Shown here in pieces: positions 49,131-58,274 of a stretch of DNA of 64,000 nt (within the stretch, counting starts at the first letter, position 1; the number at the start of each line of letters is the position of its first letter). The stretch lies in IMG/VR virus record IMGVR_UViG_2061766007_000727; one strand, given 5' to 3'. Under the pieces are notes generated by a model. The model was not told where the DNA came from. It was given only the letters and a program-made list of their open reading frames with translations, and did no database searches. The position numbers and the translations under genes are program-made. This stretch comes from an uncultured virus (IMG/VR IMGVR_UViG_2061766007_000727). Taxonomy: Duplodnaviria > Heunggongvirae > Uroviricota > Caudoviricetes.

Positions 49131-50400
49131 ATATTCAAAAAGTTATAAAAATGTTTGTGGCTTACAAAAAATATTATACCTTTGTAAAAAAGGTAAGGTG
49201 TGAAAGTTATACACAGAACATATAAGTATAGATTATATCCAAATAAAGAACAAGAACAGATTCTTGCAAAACATTTTGGTTCAGTCCGTTTTGTATATAA
49301 TTATTTCCTTGCGGAACGAAAACAACAGTATGATGAAAAGAGTAAGAGTGATAATTATTATGCTCAAGCAAAAACTCTTACAAAACTTAAAAAACAAGAA
49401 GAATATTCTTGGTTGAATGAAATTAACTCGCAAACCTTGCAGTATTCTCTGCGTTGTTTGGAAACCGCATATACCAATTTCTTTAGTGGTAGAGCGAGAT
49501 TTCCTAAATTTAAGGCAAAAAAACAAGGTGGTAGTTTTAATGTACCACAATATTGTACCATTGAAAATGGTAGGATATATATTCCGAAATTCAAACAAGG
49601 AATAAAAATCAAAGAACATAGAACATTTCAAGGGAATGTTAAAAATATGACAATTTCTGTTACACCAAGCGGAAAATACTATGTTTCCATATTATCCGAA
49701 GTTGAATATGAGCCTATGCAGAAAACCAATGCAAAGGTTGGTATAGATTTAGGTATAAAGGATTTTATAGTGACAAGTGATGGTGTAAGGTGTTCTGGTA
49801 ACAAATTCATTAAACGTTATGAAAAGAAACTTGCGAAAACCCAAAAAGTTTTGTCAAGAAAGACTAAAGGTTCTAATGGGTGGAACAAAATGCGTTTGAG
49901 AGTTGCGAGAATACAGGAGAAAATACATAATTGCCGTATGGACAAATTGCATAAGATTTCCACCGATTTGGTAAGGAAATATGATGTAATTTGTTGTGAG
50001 GATTTGAATGTGAAGGGTGTGCAGAAAAACCATAGACTTGCCCAAAGCATAGCAGATGCAAGTTGGGGAACATTCTTGAATTTACTTTCGTACAAATGTG
50101 ATAGAGAAGATAAACAACTTATAAAAGTTAGTCGTTTCTATCCATCATCAAAAACTTGTCATCACTGTGGTTATGTAAAAGAAGATTTGTCATTGGATGA
50201 TAGAATTTGGGAATGTCCTAAATGCGGAAGTTTGATTGACCGTGACTTGAACGCTTCAATCAATATTCTAAACGAAGGCATTAAAAACATATCGGCAGGG
50301 ACTGTCGATTACACAGGTGGAGATGATGTAAGACTTGCTTGCAAGCAATTGTCTGTGAAGCCTGAAGCCCATAAATTTTTAGTTTGTGGGTAGTTTTCAT
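49131..50400 (+). mobile_element. IS200/IS605-family tnpB-only element inserted in a late promoter
   Basis: Right end GAAGCCCATAAA...TTTGTGGGTAGTTTTCAT; removing 49131-50400 restores ACTTATATATTATATT; junctions share ATATATT, so ends are uncertain by a few nt. Confidence 0.75.
49200..50393 (+). CDS. tnpB: TnpB RNA-guided endonuclease
   Basis: GIDLG, CEDL, CHHCG..CPKC, DRDLNAS. Confidence 0.95.
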   Translation: MKVIHRTYKYRLYPNKEQEQILAKHFGSVRFVYNYFLAERKQQYDEKSKSDNYYAQAKTLTKLKKQEEYSWLNEINSQTLQYSLRCLETAYTNFFSGRARFPKFKAKKQGGSFNVPQYCTIENGRIYIPKFKQGIKIKEHRTFQGNVKNMTISVTPSGKYYVSILSEVEYEPMQKTNAKVGIDLGIKDFIVTSDGVRCSGNKFIKRYEKKLAKTQKVLSRKTKGSNGWNKMRLRVARIQEKIHNCRMDKLHKISTDLVRKYDVICCEDLNVKGVQKNHRLAQSIADASWGTFLNLLSYKCDREDKQLIKVSRFYPSSKTCHHCGYVKEDLSLDDRIWECPKCGSLIDRDLNASINILNEGIKNISAGTVDYTGGDDVRLACKQLSVKPEAHKFLVCG

Positions 50401-50420
50401 ATATTATATTAAAACATAAT
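50291..50420 (+). ncRNA. Predicted omegaRNA plus guide (guide from about 50401); boundaries approximate
   Basis: ATCGGCAG/CTGTCGAT hairpin and right-end hairpin in the tnpB 3' end. Confidence 0.6.
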
Positions 50421-50423
50421 ATT

Positions 50424-50834
50424 ATGGCAGACAGAATGTATCGCAAAGTGCAACGAGTTGATGACGGACTATTTGATGGCATCAAGAAACTCTTTGGTGG
50501 AAAGAAGAAACGCAGAAAGAACTCCGACCCAGAACACGATGTGGGTGACAAGATAAAGTTTGAGCGCAGAAACGGACAGAACGCAAACGGAGTTATTGAG
50601 AATATCTATTACAACGAGGAGGATGGTGGAATAGACTATGGTGTGCGTTCAACAAGGTCAACAGACAATATTGTTGTGCCAGAGGAAAACATTGTGGATT
50701 CACACGCAGTCAGTGTTTTGGTTAGAAACTTTCCGAATGCGAGTGCGAACAGAATTGCGAGTTTTGTTGCTGATAGTTGGAATCCGAGATTATCGGATAA
50801 GGTTAATGTTAGAAGGTTTGAAAAAGGATTATAG
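50424..50834 (+). CDS. Late protein with an SH3-like barrel segment
   Basis: VGDKIKF..GVIENI..YGV..VPEENI; RVDD, IVDS and VADS motifs. Confidence 0.65.
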   Translation: MADRMYRKVQRVDDGLFDGIKKLFGGKKKRRKNSDPEHDVGDKIKFERRNGQNANGVIENIYYNEEDGGIDYGVRSTRSTDNIVVPEENIVDSHAVSVLVRNFPNASANRIASFVADSWNPRLSDKVNVRRFEKGL

Positions 50835-50941
50835 TTTTTTTCTTGATAAATCGGTTTGTTGAAAGGCGGAGATTCCTAACAAGGGGTTTCCGCTTTTCTT
50901 TTATATATTATAAGTAGAGAAATATTTAAAAGGATATAGTT

Positions 50942-51316
50942 ATGAATTTTGATGGGCAGTTTATAGCAGAGATGGCAGGTGTACTGCTTGGTGGTGGTGG
51001 AATAGGCATATTCCTTGACCGCAAGGCAAAGAAGAAAGCACTTGAGATAGAGAACAAGAAGAACGAATCCGAAGTCAAAAAGGATGAGGAATCGTATGTT
51101 ATGACCAATATTAAAGAGAGTTACGATAAACTTGAGCAAGAATATGACGAGGTTGTTGAAAAGCATAAAGCGTCTATTGCCAAAGGAAAGGCACTTTTTG
51201 AGGAAACGCTTGAACTCAAGAAGGTTATTGCCGAGAAGGACATTGAGATAGGTAAACTGAAATCAAAGAACAAGGAGTTGTCAACAAGACTTAAAAATAA
51301 GGGGAATGGAAAATAG
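50942..51316 (+). CDS. Membrane-anchored coiled-coil protein
   Basis: GVLLGGGGIG hydrophobic segment plus coiled coil. Confidence 0.65.
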   Translation: MNFDGQFIAEMAGVLLGGGGIGIFLDRKAKKKALEIENKKNESEVKKDEESYVMTNIKESYDKLEQEYDEVVEKHKASIAKGKALFEETLELKKVIAEKDIEIGKLKSKNKELSTRLKNKGNGK

Positions 51317-51491
51317 AGCCGTACATAATGTGATATTAACACTGCTTTTGATATTGAGTATTCTGTTCTTCATAATAGACGGATATGGTGTTTATGGTGT
51401 TATGACGATGTTCGGTGCGTTTCTCTACCTTCTTTGGAATGATAAAGGTGATGATAATGATGATGACTATTATAAGTTTAATTTAAGATAA
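51306..51491 (+). CDS. Small 2-TM membrane protein
   Basis: Two hydrophobic helices. Confidence 0.65.
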   Translation: MENRAVHNVILTLLLILSILFFIIDGYGVYGVMTMFGAFLYLLWNDKGDDNDDDYYKFNLR

Positions 51492-51498
51492 ACAAGAG

Positions 51499-51783
51499 AT
51501 GAATACGTTGAGTTTCCACGATTTACCAAGCGGTAAGTTTGAATCAGATGTTTTCCAATTCGGAGACGATGCCGCATTGGAACTGAATTTTGAGAGCGTA
51601 CCTAAATTTGTAGGTGTAGATATAGCGATATGCCAATCACTCTCGCAGGAGAATTGGCAGACTTGTTATTATGAGCAGCAGTATCATTATAACACGTTCT
51701 GCAAGTCGGTGCAGGGTGCTTCAAGGCAGGCATATTTCAAGATTATAACAACATTCCAACCTGTAAGCGCATATTACATCTAA
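51499..51783 (+). CDS. Hypothetical protein
   Basis: Clean ORF in operon. Confidence 0.65.
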   Translation: MNTLSFHDLPSGKFESDVFQFGDDAALELNFESVPKFVGVDIAICQSLSQENWQTCYYEQQYHYNTFCKSVQGASRQAYFKIITTFQPVSAYYI

Positions 51784-51787
51784 TATT

Positions 51788-51985
51788 ATGATTATTAATA
51801 GGGATAACATAGCGATTATTTTAGGCATTGCGTTACTTGATGTCATCCATATCAACAATATCGAACTTGGTGAGATAGGTGTTAGTGGCATCAATGGTGA
51901 ACTTGCGCCTATTGAGCGTGATTATCTGTGTGATGAGGATTGGAATCACTTGCTTGATGAGAATGGTAACAATATAACAGAATGA
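51788..51985 (+). CDS. Hypothetical protein
   Basis: Clean ORF; LLDENGNNI motif. Confidence 0.6.
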   Translation: MIINRDNIAIILGIALLDVIHINNIELGEIGVSGINGELAPIERDYLCDEDWNHLLDENGNNITE

Positions 51986-51989
51986 TATT

Positions 51990-53342
51990 ATGGCAGACAA
52001 GAGAGTTGTAGATTATAGCATTGAGGATTATAATAAGGATGACACCTATTTGGTGGGTGTCAAGAACGCTATGGTAAAGCGTATCCGTATGGGTAATGTT
52101 ACGAGCGTGAGTGCTAATCCTTCTACCACACCGACTGAATCGCTTAACTCCATTGAGATAGGTGGTGTAAGTTATAGTGTGGAAGGTGGTGGTGGAAACG
52201 TTGATGTTGACACCGAGCGTGGTTGGTTGCTTGTNNNNNNNNNNCGCTCGTAAACGTGCCGCACAGAAACGTATCCGTGACGCACGTGAACGCAAAGCAG
52301 GTGTAACTCGCAGAGCAGTCGCTGACAACCAAGTTGCAAGCAAACGCCTTGTAAGACGTGGTTAATACGTTGGGAAAACGTTGAAGAAANNNNNNNNNNG
52401 AGTTATAGTGTTGAAGGTGGTGGTGGTGGAAACGTTGATGTTGACACCGAGCGTGGTTGGTTGCTTGTTTCGGAGGGCGGACACAATTATTTCGCACCGC
52501 TTACCGAACTTGTAGCACCGAACAAGCCTACCATTTCGACCACTACATATTATGTGGTTACAGGTAACGCAAGTGTTTCCGTTTCTTCATCCACAAGTGG
52601 TGCGAGTGTGTCTTACAAGGTTGATGACGGAAGTTGGACTAATGGTTCGACCATCACGCTTGCGAGTGGATTCCAGAACAACACAAGCAACACCGACAAG
52701 CAGTACACTATTCAAGTGAAGGCTACAAAGAACGGAGTGGAGAGTGGTGTCAACTCGTACACTATCACAATCAAGCCGAAAGTTGCGGCAGGCAGTCTGT
52801 CTGTAACTCGCACACCTAACAATAATGATTGGGCAACGCAAGCGACAATCACATTCACCGCTTCGTCTATGAGTGGCACAACAAGCAGATATTCAACCGA
52901 TGGTGGTACAACGTGGACTGCTTTCACAGGTACGCACACCGAGACAATCACAGAATCTGCTGCCGCTAACAAGTTTAGGGTTAAGATTGACAGTGTTGCC
53001 AACTACCAAGACGCATCAGTGGCACAGAGCAGTGCAATCACGCTCAACAAGAAGAAGTTCTACTATGGTCGTGGTGGTGCTACACTTGCCAATGAAGCCG
53101 CAATCAAGGCTCTTGTAGGTGGTGGCAGTGAGGAGAAAGACACAATGGCAGGTAGTTACGATATTACTTCTACCGAGTTGGGACAATTCACTTGGTTCTG
53201 CGGTACGGGAACGCTCACATCTGTTTCTTCAAGCGGATTCGGTGTGCCTATGAACGCAGTGGTTGTGGTAGATGGTTATAACTGCTATCGTTCGGCATCG
53301 CACGTTATGAATTTGGATACAGACACATTTGTAGTTTCGTAA
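51990..53342 (+). CDS. Fibre/adhesin protein broken by an assembly gap (51990 start probably joins the 52461 ORF)
   Basis: VDVDTERGWLL appears on both sides of the gapped insert; C-terminal half paralogous to 53358. Confidence 0.6.
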
Positions 53343-53357
53343 ATAAGTTATTGAGTT

Positions 53358-54734
53358 ATGGCAAATATTAATATTTTCGGTACACTTAACAACGCCACAG
53401 GAGACCCTATCGTAAGGGCGAATCAAGTTGAAGGCGGATATATGGTGGTTGCGAATGCTGATGAGTTAGCAACCATACCAAGCACCATTGTCAAGGAAGG
53501 CAGTCTTGCTTACAACCAAGACGATGACAAGTTCTATCAGTATGATGGTACGCAGTGGAACGTAGCCGATTTTGGTGGAGGTGGTGATTTATCCAACTAC
53601 ATACAGAAATCGTTAACCGAAGGATTGGTTAAGAACGATGGTACGATTGATGAGACCGAATATCAAGAGCGTTTGATAGGTGAGCAGACCACAGGGCAGA
53701 ACATCAAGACCATAAATGGTACTTCAATTCTTGGTGAGGGTAATATAGAGATTCAAGGTGGTGGGAACGTTACTGTTGATACAGAGAACAAACTTCTGCT
53801 TGTAGAGGAGGGCGGACAGACATACTACACTACATTGGAGATTCTCGCCAAGCCTAACACACCGACAATATCAACAACCACACAGAGCATTGTTATTGGT
53901 AGTGCTGATTTTGCGGTTACATCTTCAACGAGTGGTGCTACCGCTTACTACAAGATTGCGGACACGGTTGAAGGACTTGATGAAGCCACATATACCACAA
54001 TCAGTGGTGGTAACATCACAATCGCAAGCGGATTTGACAATGATACCGAGAACGAGATTGTAACCAAGTATGTTATGCTCAAGGCGAAGAAGAATGGTGT
54101 TGAGAGTAATGAGAGTTCAGCGATTGAACTTACCATCAATCCCAAAGTCAAAGCAGGTAGTGTATCGTTCACAAGGAACAACAATAATAATGATTATTCT
54201 ACACAGGCTACCATCACGTTCACCGCATCGGATATGACAGGTACAACGAGCAGATATAGCATTGATGGTGGTACGACTTGGACTGCGTTTACTGATACTC
54301 ACACCGAGACAATAACCACATCCGCTACCGCTAACACATACCAAGTCAAGATTGATAGTGTTACCAACTATGTTGATGCCGCAGTTGCAAAGAGTGGTGC
54401 AATCACGCTTAACAAGAAGAAATTCTACTATGGTTTGGGTGCGGCTACTCTTGCAAATGAAGCCGCTATTCAAGCGTTGGTAGGTGGTGGAAGTGAGGAA
54501 AAAGACACAATGGCAAGTCCGTTGGATTCGCACAACAATCCGATACCATATACTGTTACTGCATCAGCCACAGGCTCTTACTTGTGGTTCTGCGGAAGTG
54601 GTACTTTAAGTGGTGTAACCTCAAGTGGATTTGCAGTGCCAATGAATGCGGTGACAGTAGTGGATGGTTACAACTGCTATCGTTCCGACAGTCCTATTAT
54701 GGTGATTGGTGCTAATGATTTTGTAGTAATTTAA
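53358..54734 (+). CDS. Fibre/adhesin protein
   Basis: MANINIFGTL N-module, IKTINGTSILGEGNI, C-terminal modules shared with 52461 and 57086. Confidence 0.7.
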   Translation: MANINIFGTLNNATGDPIVRANQVEGGYMVVANADELATIPSTIVKEGSLAYNQDDDKFYQYDGTQWNVADFGGGGDLSNYIQKSLTEGLVKNDGTIDETEYQERLIGEQTTGQNIKTINGTSILGEGNIEIQGGGNVTVDTENKLLLVEEGGQTYYTTLEILAKPNTPTISTTTQSIVIGSADFAVTSSTSGATAYYKIADTVEGLDEATYTTISGGNITIASGFDNDTENEIVTKYVMLKAKKNGVESNESSAIELTINPKVKAGSVSFTRNNNNNDYSTQATITFTASDMTGTTSRYSIDGGTTWTAFTDTHTETITTSATANTYQVKIDSVTNYVDAAVAKSGAITLNKKKFYYGLGAATLANEAAIQALVGGGSEEKDTMASPLDSHNNPIPYTVTASATGSYLWFCGSGTLSGVTSSGFAVPMNAVTVVDGYNCYRSDSPIMVIGANDFVVI

Positions 54735-54747
54735 TAATTAAGATACT

Positions 54748-57057
54748 ATGGCAAATATTAATATTTTCGGTACACTATACAATGCGGCAGGTACTGCGAT
54801 TGTCAAGGGTGAGCAAGTTGAAGGTGGTTACGCAGTTGTGGCTGATGTTGCGGCTCGTAACGCTATTCCTTTGAGCATTCTTAAAGTCGGTTCGCTTGTA
54901 TATTGTCAGTCGGATGGCAAGGTTTATAAGTGCAGTGCTATAGACGGAAACGAAGTTACTTGGGTTGAGTTTGAGACACCCGTGCCTACCAAACTTTCGG
55001 AATTTGAGAATGATATGAAGTTTGTAAGCATCGCAGAGCCAATCAATGTTGAAGGTTACAAGCAACTTCTTTACATAGAGGCTAATGGTGCGCAAGCGAT
55101 TGAGACAAGTATCATACCGAACCAGAACACAAGTTTTGATTTGGACTATATGTCTTATGATGCACCGACATCAAGCAACTCACCGCAAGTGATAAACGCA
55201 GGCGGTAGGGGAACACAACCACGTATGGCGGTCAGTCTATGGGTTGCGAACAAATTGAGTGGTGAGGTGATGATAAACACCACATCAAGCACTGCCAAGA
55301 TGTCAGCCAACGTGCGCAGTCTGTTGCGATATGTGAACGATGGTACTTCCAAGAAGATAATATATTCGGACAATACTACTACCAATTTAACAATTAATAA
55401 TTTTGAGGCGGTAGGCAGTCTTATACTCTTTGCATTGAAGAACGGAGACATATATGACAGATTCTTCAATGGTAGGTTGTACGGACTGAAACTTTACAAC
55501 CAAACAACTCTTACGCACAACTTCGTACCTGCAATGCGTTTGTCGGATAACGAGGTTGGTCTGTTGGATGTGGAAGATAATAACACGTTCTACACCAACA
55601 ACGGCACAGGCACGTTTGGTTATGGCGAGTTGAATATATTGTCACGTGTTAGTGAGTTGGTGATGGATAGGAACATTATCACTGACAATAACTTCACCAA
55701 CGCATACAAGAACCAAATTCAGCAGAACGCTAATGATATTGCGGACATTCAAGCACTTCTGCCCACACTTGTAGGCTTGAATTTTGAGGTTGTCAACGAG
55801 TTGCCGACACAAGACATAAGCACATCCACAATCTACCTTGTACCAAAGTCACAGAGTGGCACGAACAATGTTTATGATGAGTATATTTATATAAATAATG
55901 TTTGGGAGAAGATTGGTGACACCGAAATTGATTTATCGGACTATGTGGAGAAAGAGCAAGGCAAGGGTTTATCTACAAATGATTTCACAGACCTTGATAA
56001 AGATAAACTTGACGGTATTGAAGATGGTGCAGAGGAAAATGTTATTGAAAGCATTTCGGTGAATGGTACTGCGGCTACAATAACCAATAAGGAAGTGGAG
56101 TTGAGCGTTCCGCAACAGTATGTATATATATGTAAGAATTACGGAGGTACGACATCAGTAACGATAACCGCTTCTTCGCACGGATGTGGAAATATGCCAT
56201 TGGTTCAATGCTATATGGATAATGCGCAGATTGATGTTGTTGTGGAAAAAAATTCATCGGGCGATGTGACCGTAAGTTGGAATGGTATTGCTAATGTATC
56301 AGCACAAAATCCGCTTACCATTTGTATTTTGGGTATGAGTGTTACTCCTGTTGAAGAACAACAGTCTGTGCCTGATGCAAGCGATTTTCCGTATTTAACG
56401 TTTACAAAAACCGACAACGGTGAGTGCAGCGTAAAGGCTAAAGATACGGAAACATTTACCGAAACAAATGTTGTTATACCAGCCGCTGTTATGTTGAATG
56501 GTGAAGAATTGGCGGTTACAAGTATTGGAGAAGAAGCGTTTGATTCGTGTTCTTCGCTGACTTCGGTAACAATTCCTAACTCGGTTACAAGTNNNNNNNN
56601 NNGCGAATCTCCGCTGACTTCGGTAATAATTCCCGATTCGGTTACAAGTATAGGCAATTATGCGTTTGGGGAGTGTTCTGCTTTGGAAACGCTAATCATT
56701 GGAAACGGAGTTGAAACCATAGGCGAGTATGCGTTTACTGTATGTTCTTCGCTGACTTCGGTAACAATTCCCAATTCGGTTACAAGTATAGGCGAATCCA
56801 CGTTTGCATATTGTGATGGTATGGAAACACTAATTATTGGAAGCGGAGTTGAAACCATAGGCTCTAATGCGTTTTATTCGTGTTCTTCGCTGACTTCGGT
56901 AACAATTCCTAACTCGGTTACAAGTATAGGTGATTATGCGTTTAGTAATTTAGATTCAAACGCCGTTATCAATTGCGAAGCCGCATCCAAGCCTGCTGGT
57001 TGGGATAGTAATTGGACTGATTGTGAAAATGTTGTTTGGGGTGCAACAATGCCTTAA
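54748..57057 (+). CDS. Fibre/adhesin protein with C-terminal BspA-type leucine-rich repeats (gap inside)
   Basis: LTSVTIPNSVTSIG..AF repeats; GKGLSTNDFT motif. Confidence 0.8.
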   Translation: MANINIFGTLYNAAGTAIVKGEQVEGGYAVVADVAARNAIPLSILKVGSLVYCQSDGKVYKCSAIDGNEVTWVEFETPVPTKLSEFENDMKFVSIAEPINVEGYKQLLYIEANGAQAIETSIIPNQNTSFDLDYMSYDAPTSSNSPQVINAGGRGTQPRMAVSLWVANKLSGEVMINTTSSTAKMSANVRSLLRYVNDGTSKKIIYSDNTTTNLTINNFEAVGSLILFALKNGDIYDRFFNGRLYGLKLYNQTTLTHNFVPAMRLSDNEVGLLDVEDNNTFYTNNGTGTFGYGELNILSRVSELVMDRNIITDNNFTNAYKNQIQQNANDIADIQALLPTLVGLNFEVVNELPTQDISTSTIYLVPKSQSGTNNVYDEYIYINNVWEKIGDTEIDLSDYVEKEQGKGLSTNDFTDLDKDKLDGIEDGAEENVIESISVNGTAATITNKEVELSVPQQYVYICKNYGGTTSVTITASSHGCGNMPLVQCYMDNAQIDVVVEKNSSGDVTVSWNGIANVSAQNPLTICILGMSVTPVEEQQSVPDASDFPYLTFTKTDNGECSVKAKDTETFTETNVVIPAAVMLNGEELAVTSIGEEAFDSCSSLTSVTIPNSVTSXXXXESPLTSVIIPDSVTSIGNYAFGECSALETLIIGNGVETIGEYAFTVCSSLTSVTIPNSVTSIGESTFAYCDGMETLIIGSGVETIGSNAFYSCSSLTSVTIPNSVTSIGDYAFSNLDSNAVINCEAASKPAGWDSNWTDCENVVWGATMP

Positions 57058-57085
57058 TTTTTGATATTTAAAATAATTTAGAGAT

Positions 57086-58258
57086 ATGGCTACAAAGAAG
57101 ATTTATACAGACATAGACCTTAATGGTAATAAGATACTGAATGCTACTGTAGAAAATGCAGTTGAAGGCAAGGTGCTTACCATAAATGCGAATGGTTTGA
57201 TAGTTCCTGCGGACACGCAACATCAACCTATAAAGACAATCAATAATCAGTCTCTTATTGGTGAAGGTAACATCACGATACAAGGTGGTGGAAGTGATTA
57301 TGATATTGATACGTTGAATGATTATCTTATTGTGTATGATGGTGATGATAGTTACTTCGTACCTGTCACCAAACTCACCAAGCCTAACACTCCGACAATA
57401 TCAACAACCACAGTTAACGTGGTTACAGGTGATGGTTCGTTCAATGTTACAACAGATAGTGGTTCTACCGCTTACTATAAGATAGCAGACACAGTTGAAG
57501 GTCTTGACCAAGCAACCTATGCCGCAGTCAGCAGTGGTAGGATTTCGTTTGCGAGTGGATATACCAACAATTCCGACAATACTGATGTTGTCAAGTATGT
57601 CAAACTCAAAGCAACCAAGAATGGTGTTGAGAGTGATGAGAGTTCTGCTATCACGCTTACAATCCATCCGAAAGTTGCCAAACCTTCGCTTGTCACCAAT
57701 AACACCGACAAGTACATATCAACCGCTACTGTTGTTATATCGAAGTCAGCGAGTGCAAACGCTACAACAGAGTATAGTGAAGATGGTGGCACAACGTGGA
57801 CTGAACTCACAGAGAGTTCAATCACCATTACGGTTACGGAGAACAAGTCGGCAGGTGCATACAAGGTTAGAGCGACCAAGACTAACTACACTAATTCGGA
57901 CATTGCACAATCATCCGCTATCACGCTTAACAAGCCGTACACTTACTATGGTGTGACAAACGCTACAATAAGCGCATCGGTTGTCGCTAACTTGACGAAG
58001 GTTGCGGAGGAAAAGAGCGAGTGGAAGGTTGGTAACGATTACATCAAGAGCCTTTCGTACACTGCCGCAGCAGAACACGCAGTATTCGCTTATCCGAGCG
58101 AGTATGGTGTTCTGACGCATATTCTCGACCCTAACGGATACGAGAATATCAGTGGTTGGAGTATGTCAACTCTTACAATCAATGGTGTAGGTTACAATGT
58201 ATATCGCACTGATGACAAACTTACTTGCAACAATTTTGTTTATAGGTTTCAATTTTGA
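57086..58258 (+). CDS. Fibre/adhesin protein
   Basis: DIDLNGNKILN N-module, IKTINNQSLIGEGNI, KPNTPTIST modules. Confidence 0.7.
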   Translation: MATKKIYTDIDLNGNKILNATVENAVEGKVLTINANGLIVPADTQHQPIKTINNQSLIGEGNITIQGGGSDYDIDTLNDYLIVYDGDDSYFVPVTKLTKPNTPTISTTTVNVVTGDGSFNVTTDSGSTAYYKIADTVEGLDQATYAAVSSGRISFASGYTNNSDNTDVVKYVKLKATKNGVESDESSAITLTIHPKVAKPSLVTNNTDKYISTATVVISKSASANATTEYSEDGGTTWTELTESSITITVTENKSAGAYKVRATKTNYTNSDIAQSSAITLNKPYTYYGVTNATISASVVANLTKVAEEKSEWKVGNDYIKSLSYTAAAEHAVFAYPSEYGVLTHILDPNGYENISGWSMSTLTINGVGYNVYRTDDKLTCNNFVYRFQF

Positions 58259-58274
58259 TTAGAAAGGGAAGGTT

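Noticed and set aside
49200..50393. Nuclease-dead TldR or Cas12f assignment for either tnpB
   Set aside because: All three RuvC acidic residues are present in both proteins and no CRISPR array is adjacent.
52177..52365. ORFs spanning the N gaps, or a true duplicate of the 48317 gene
   Set aside because: They are chimeric across N-runs and best explained as an assembly artefact.
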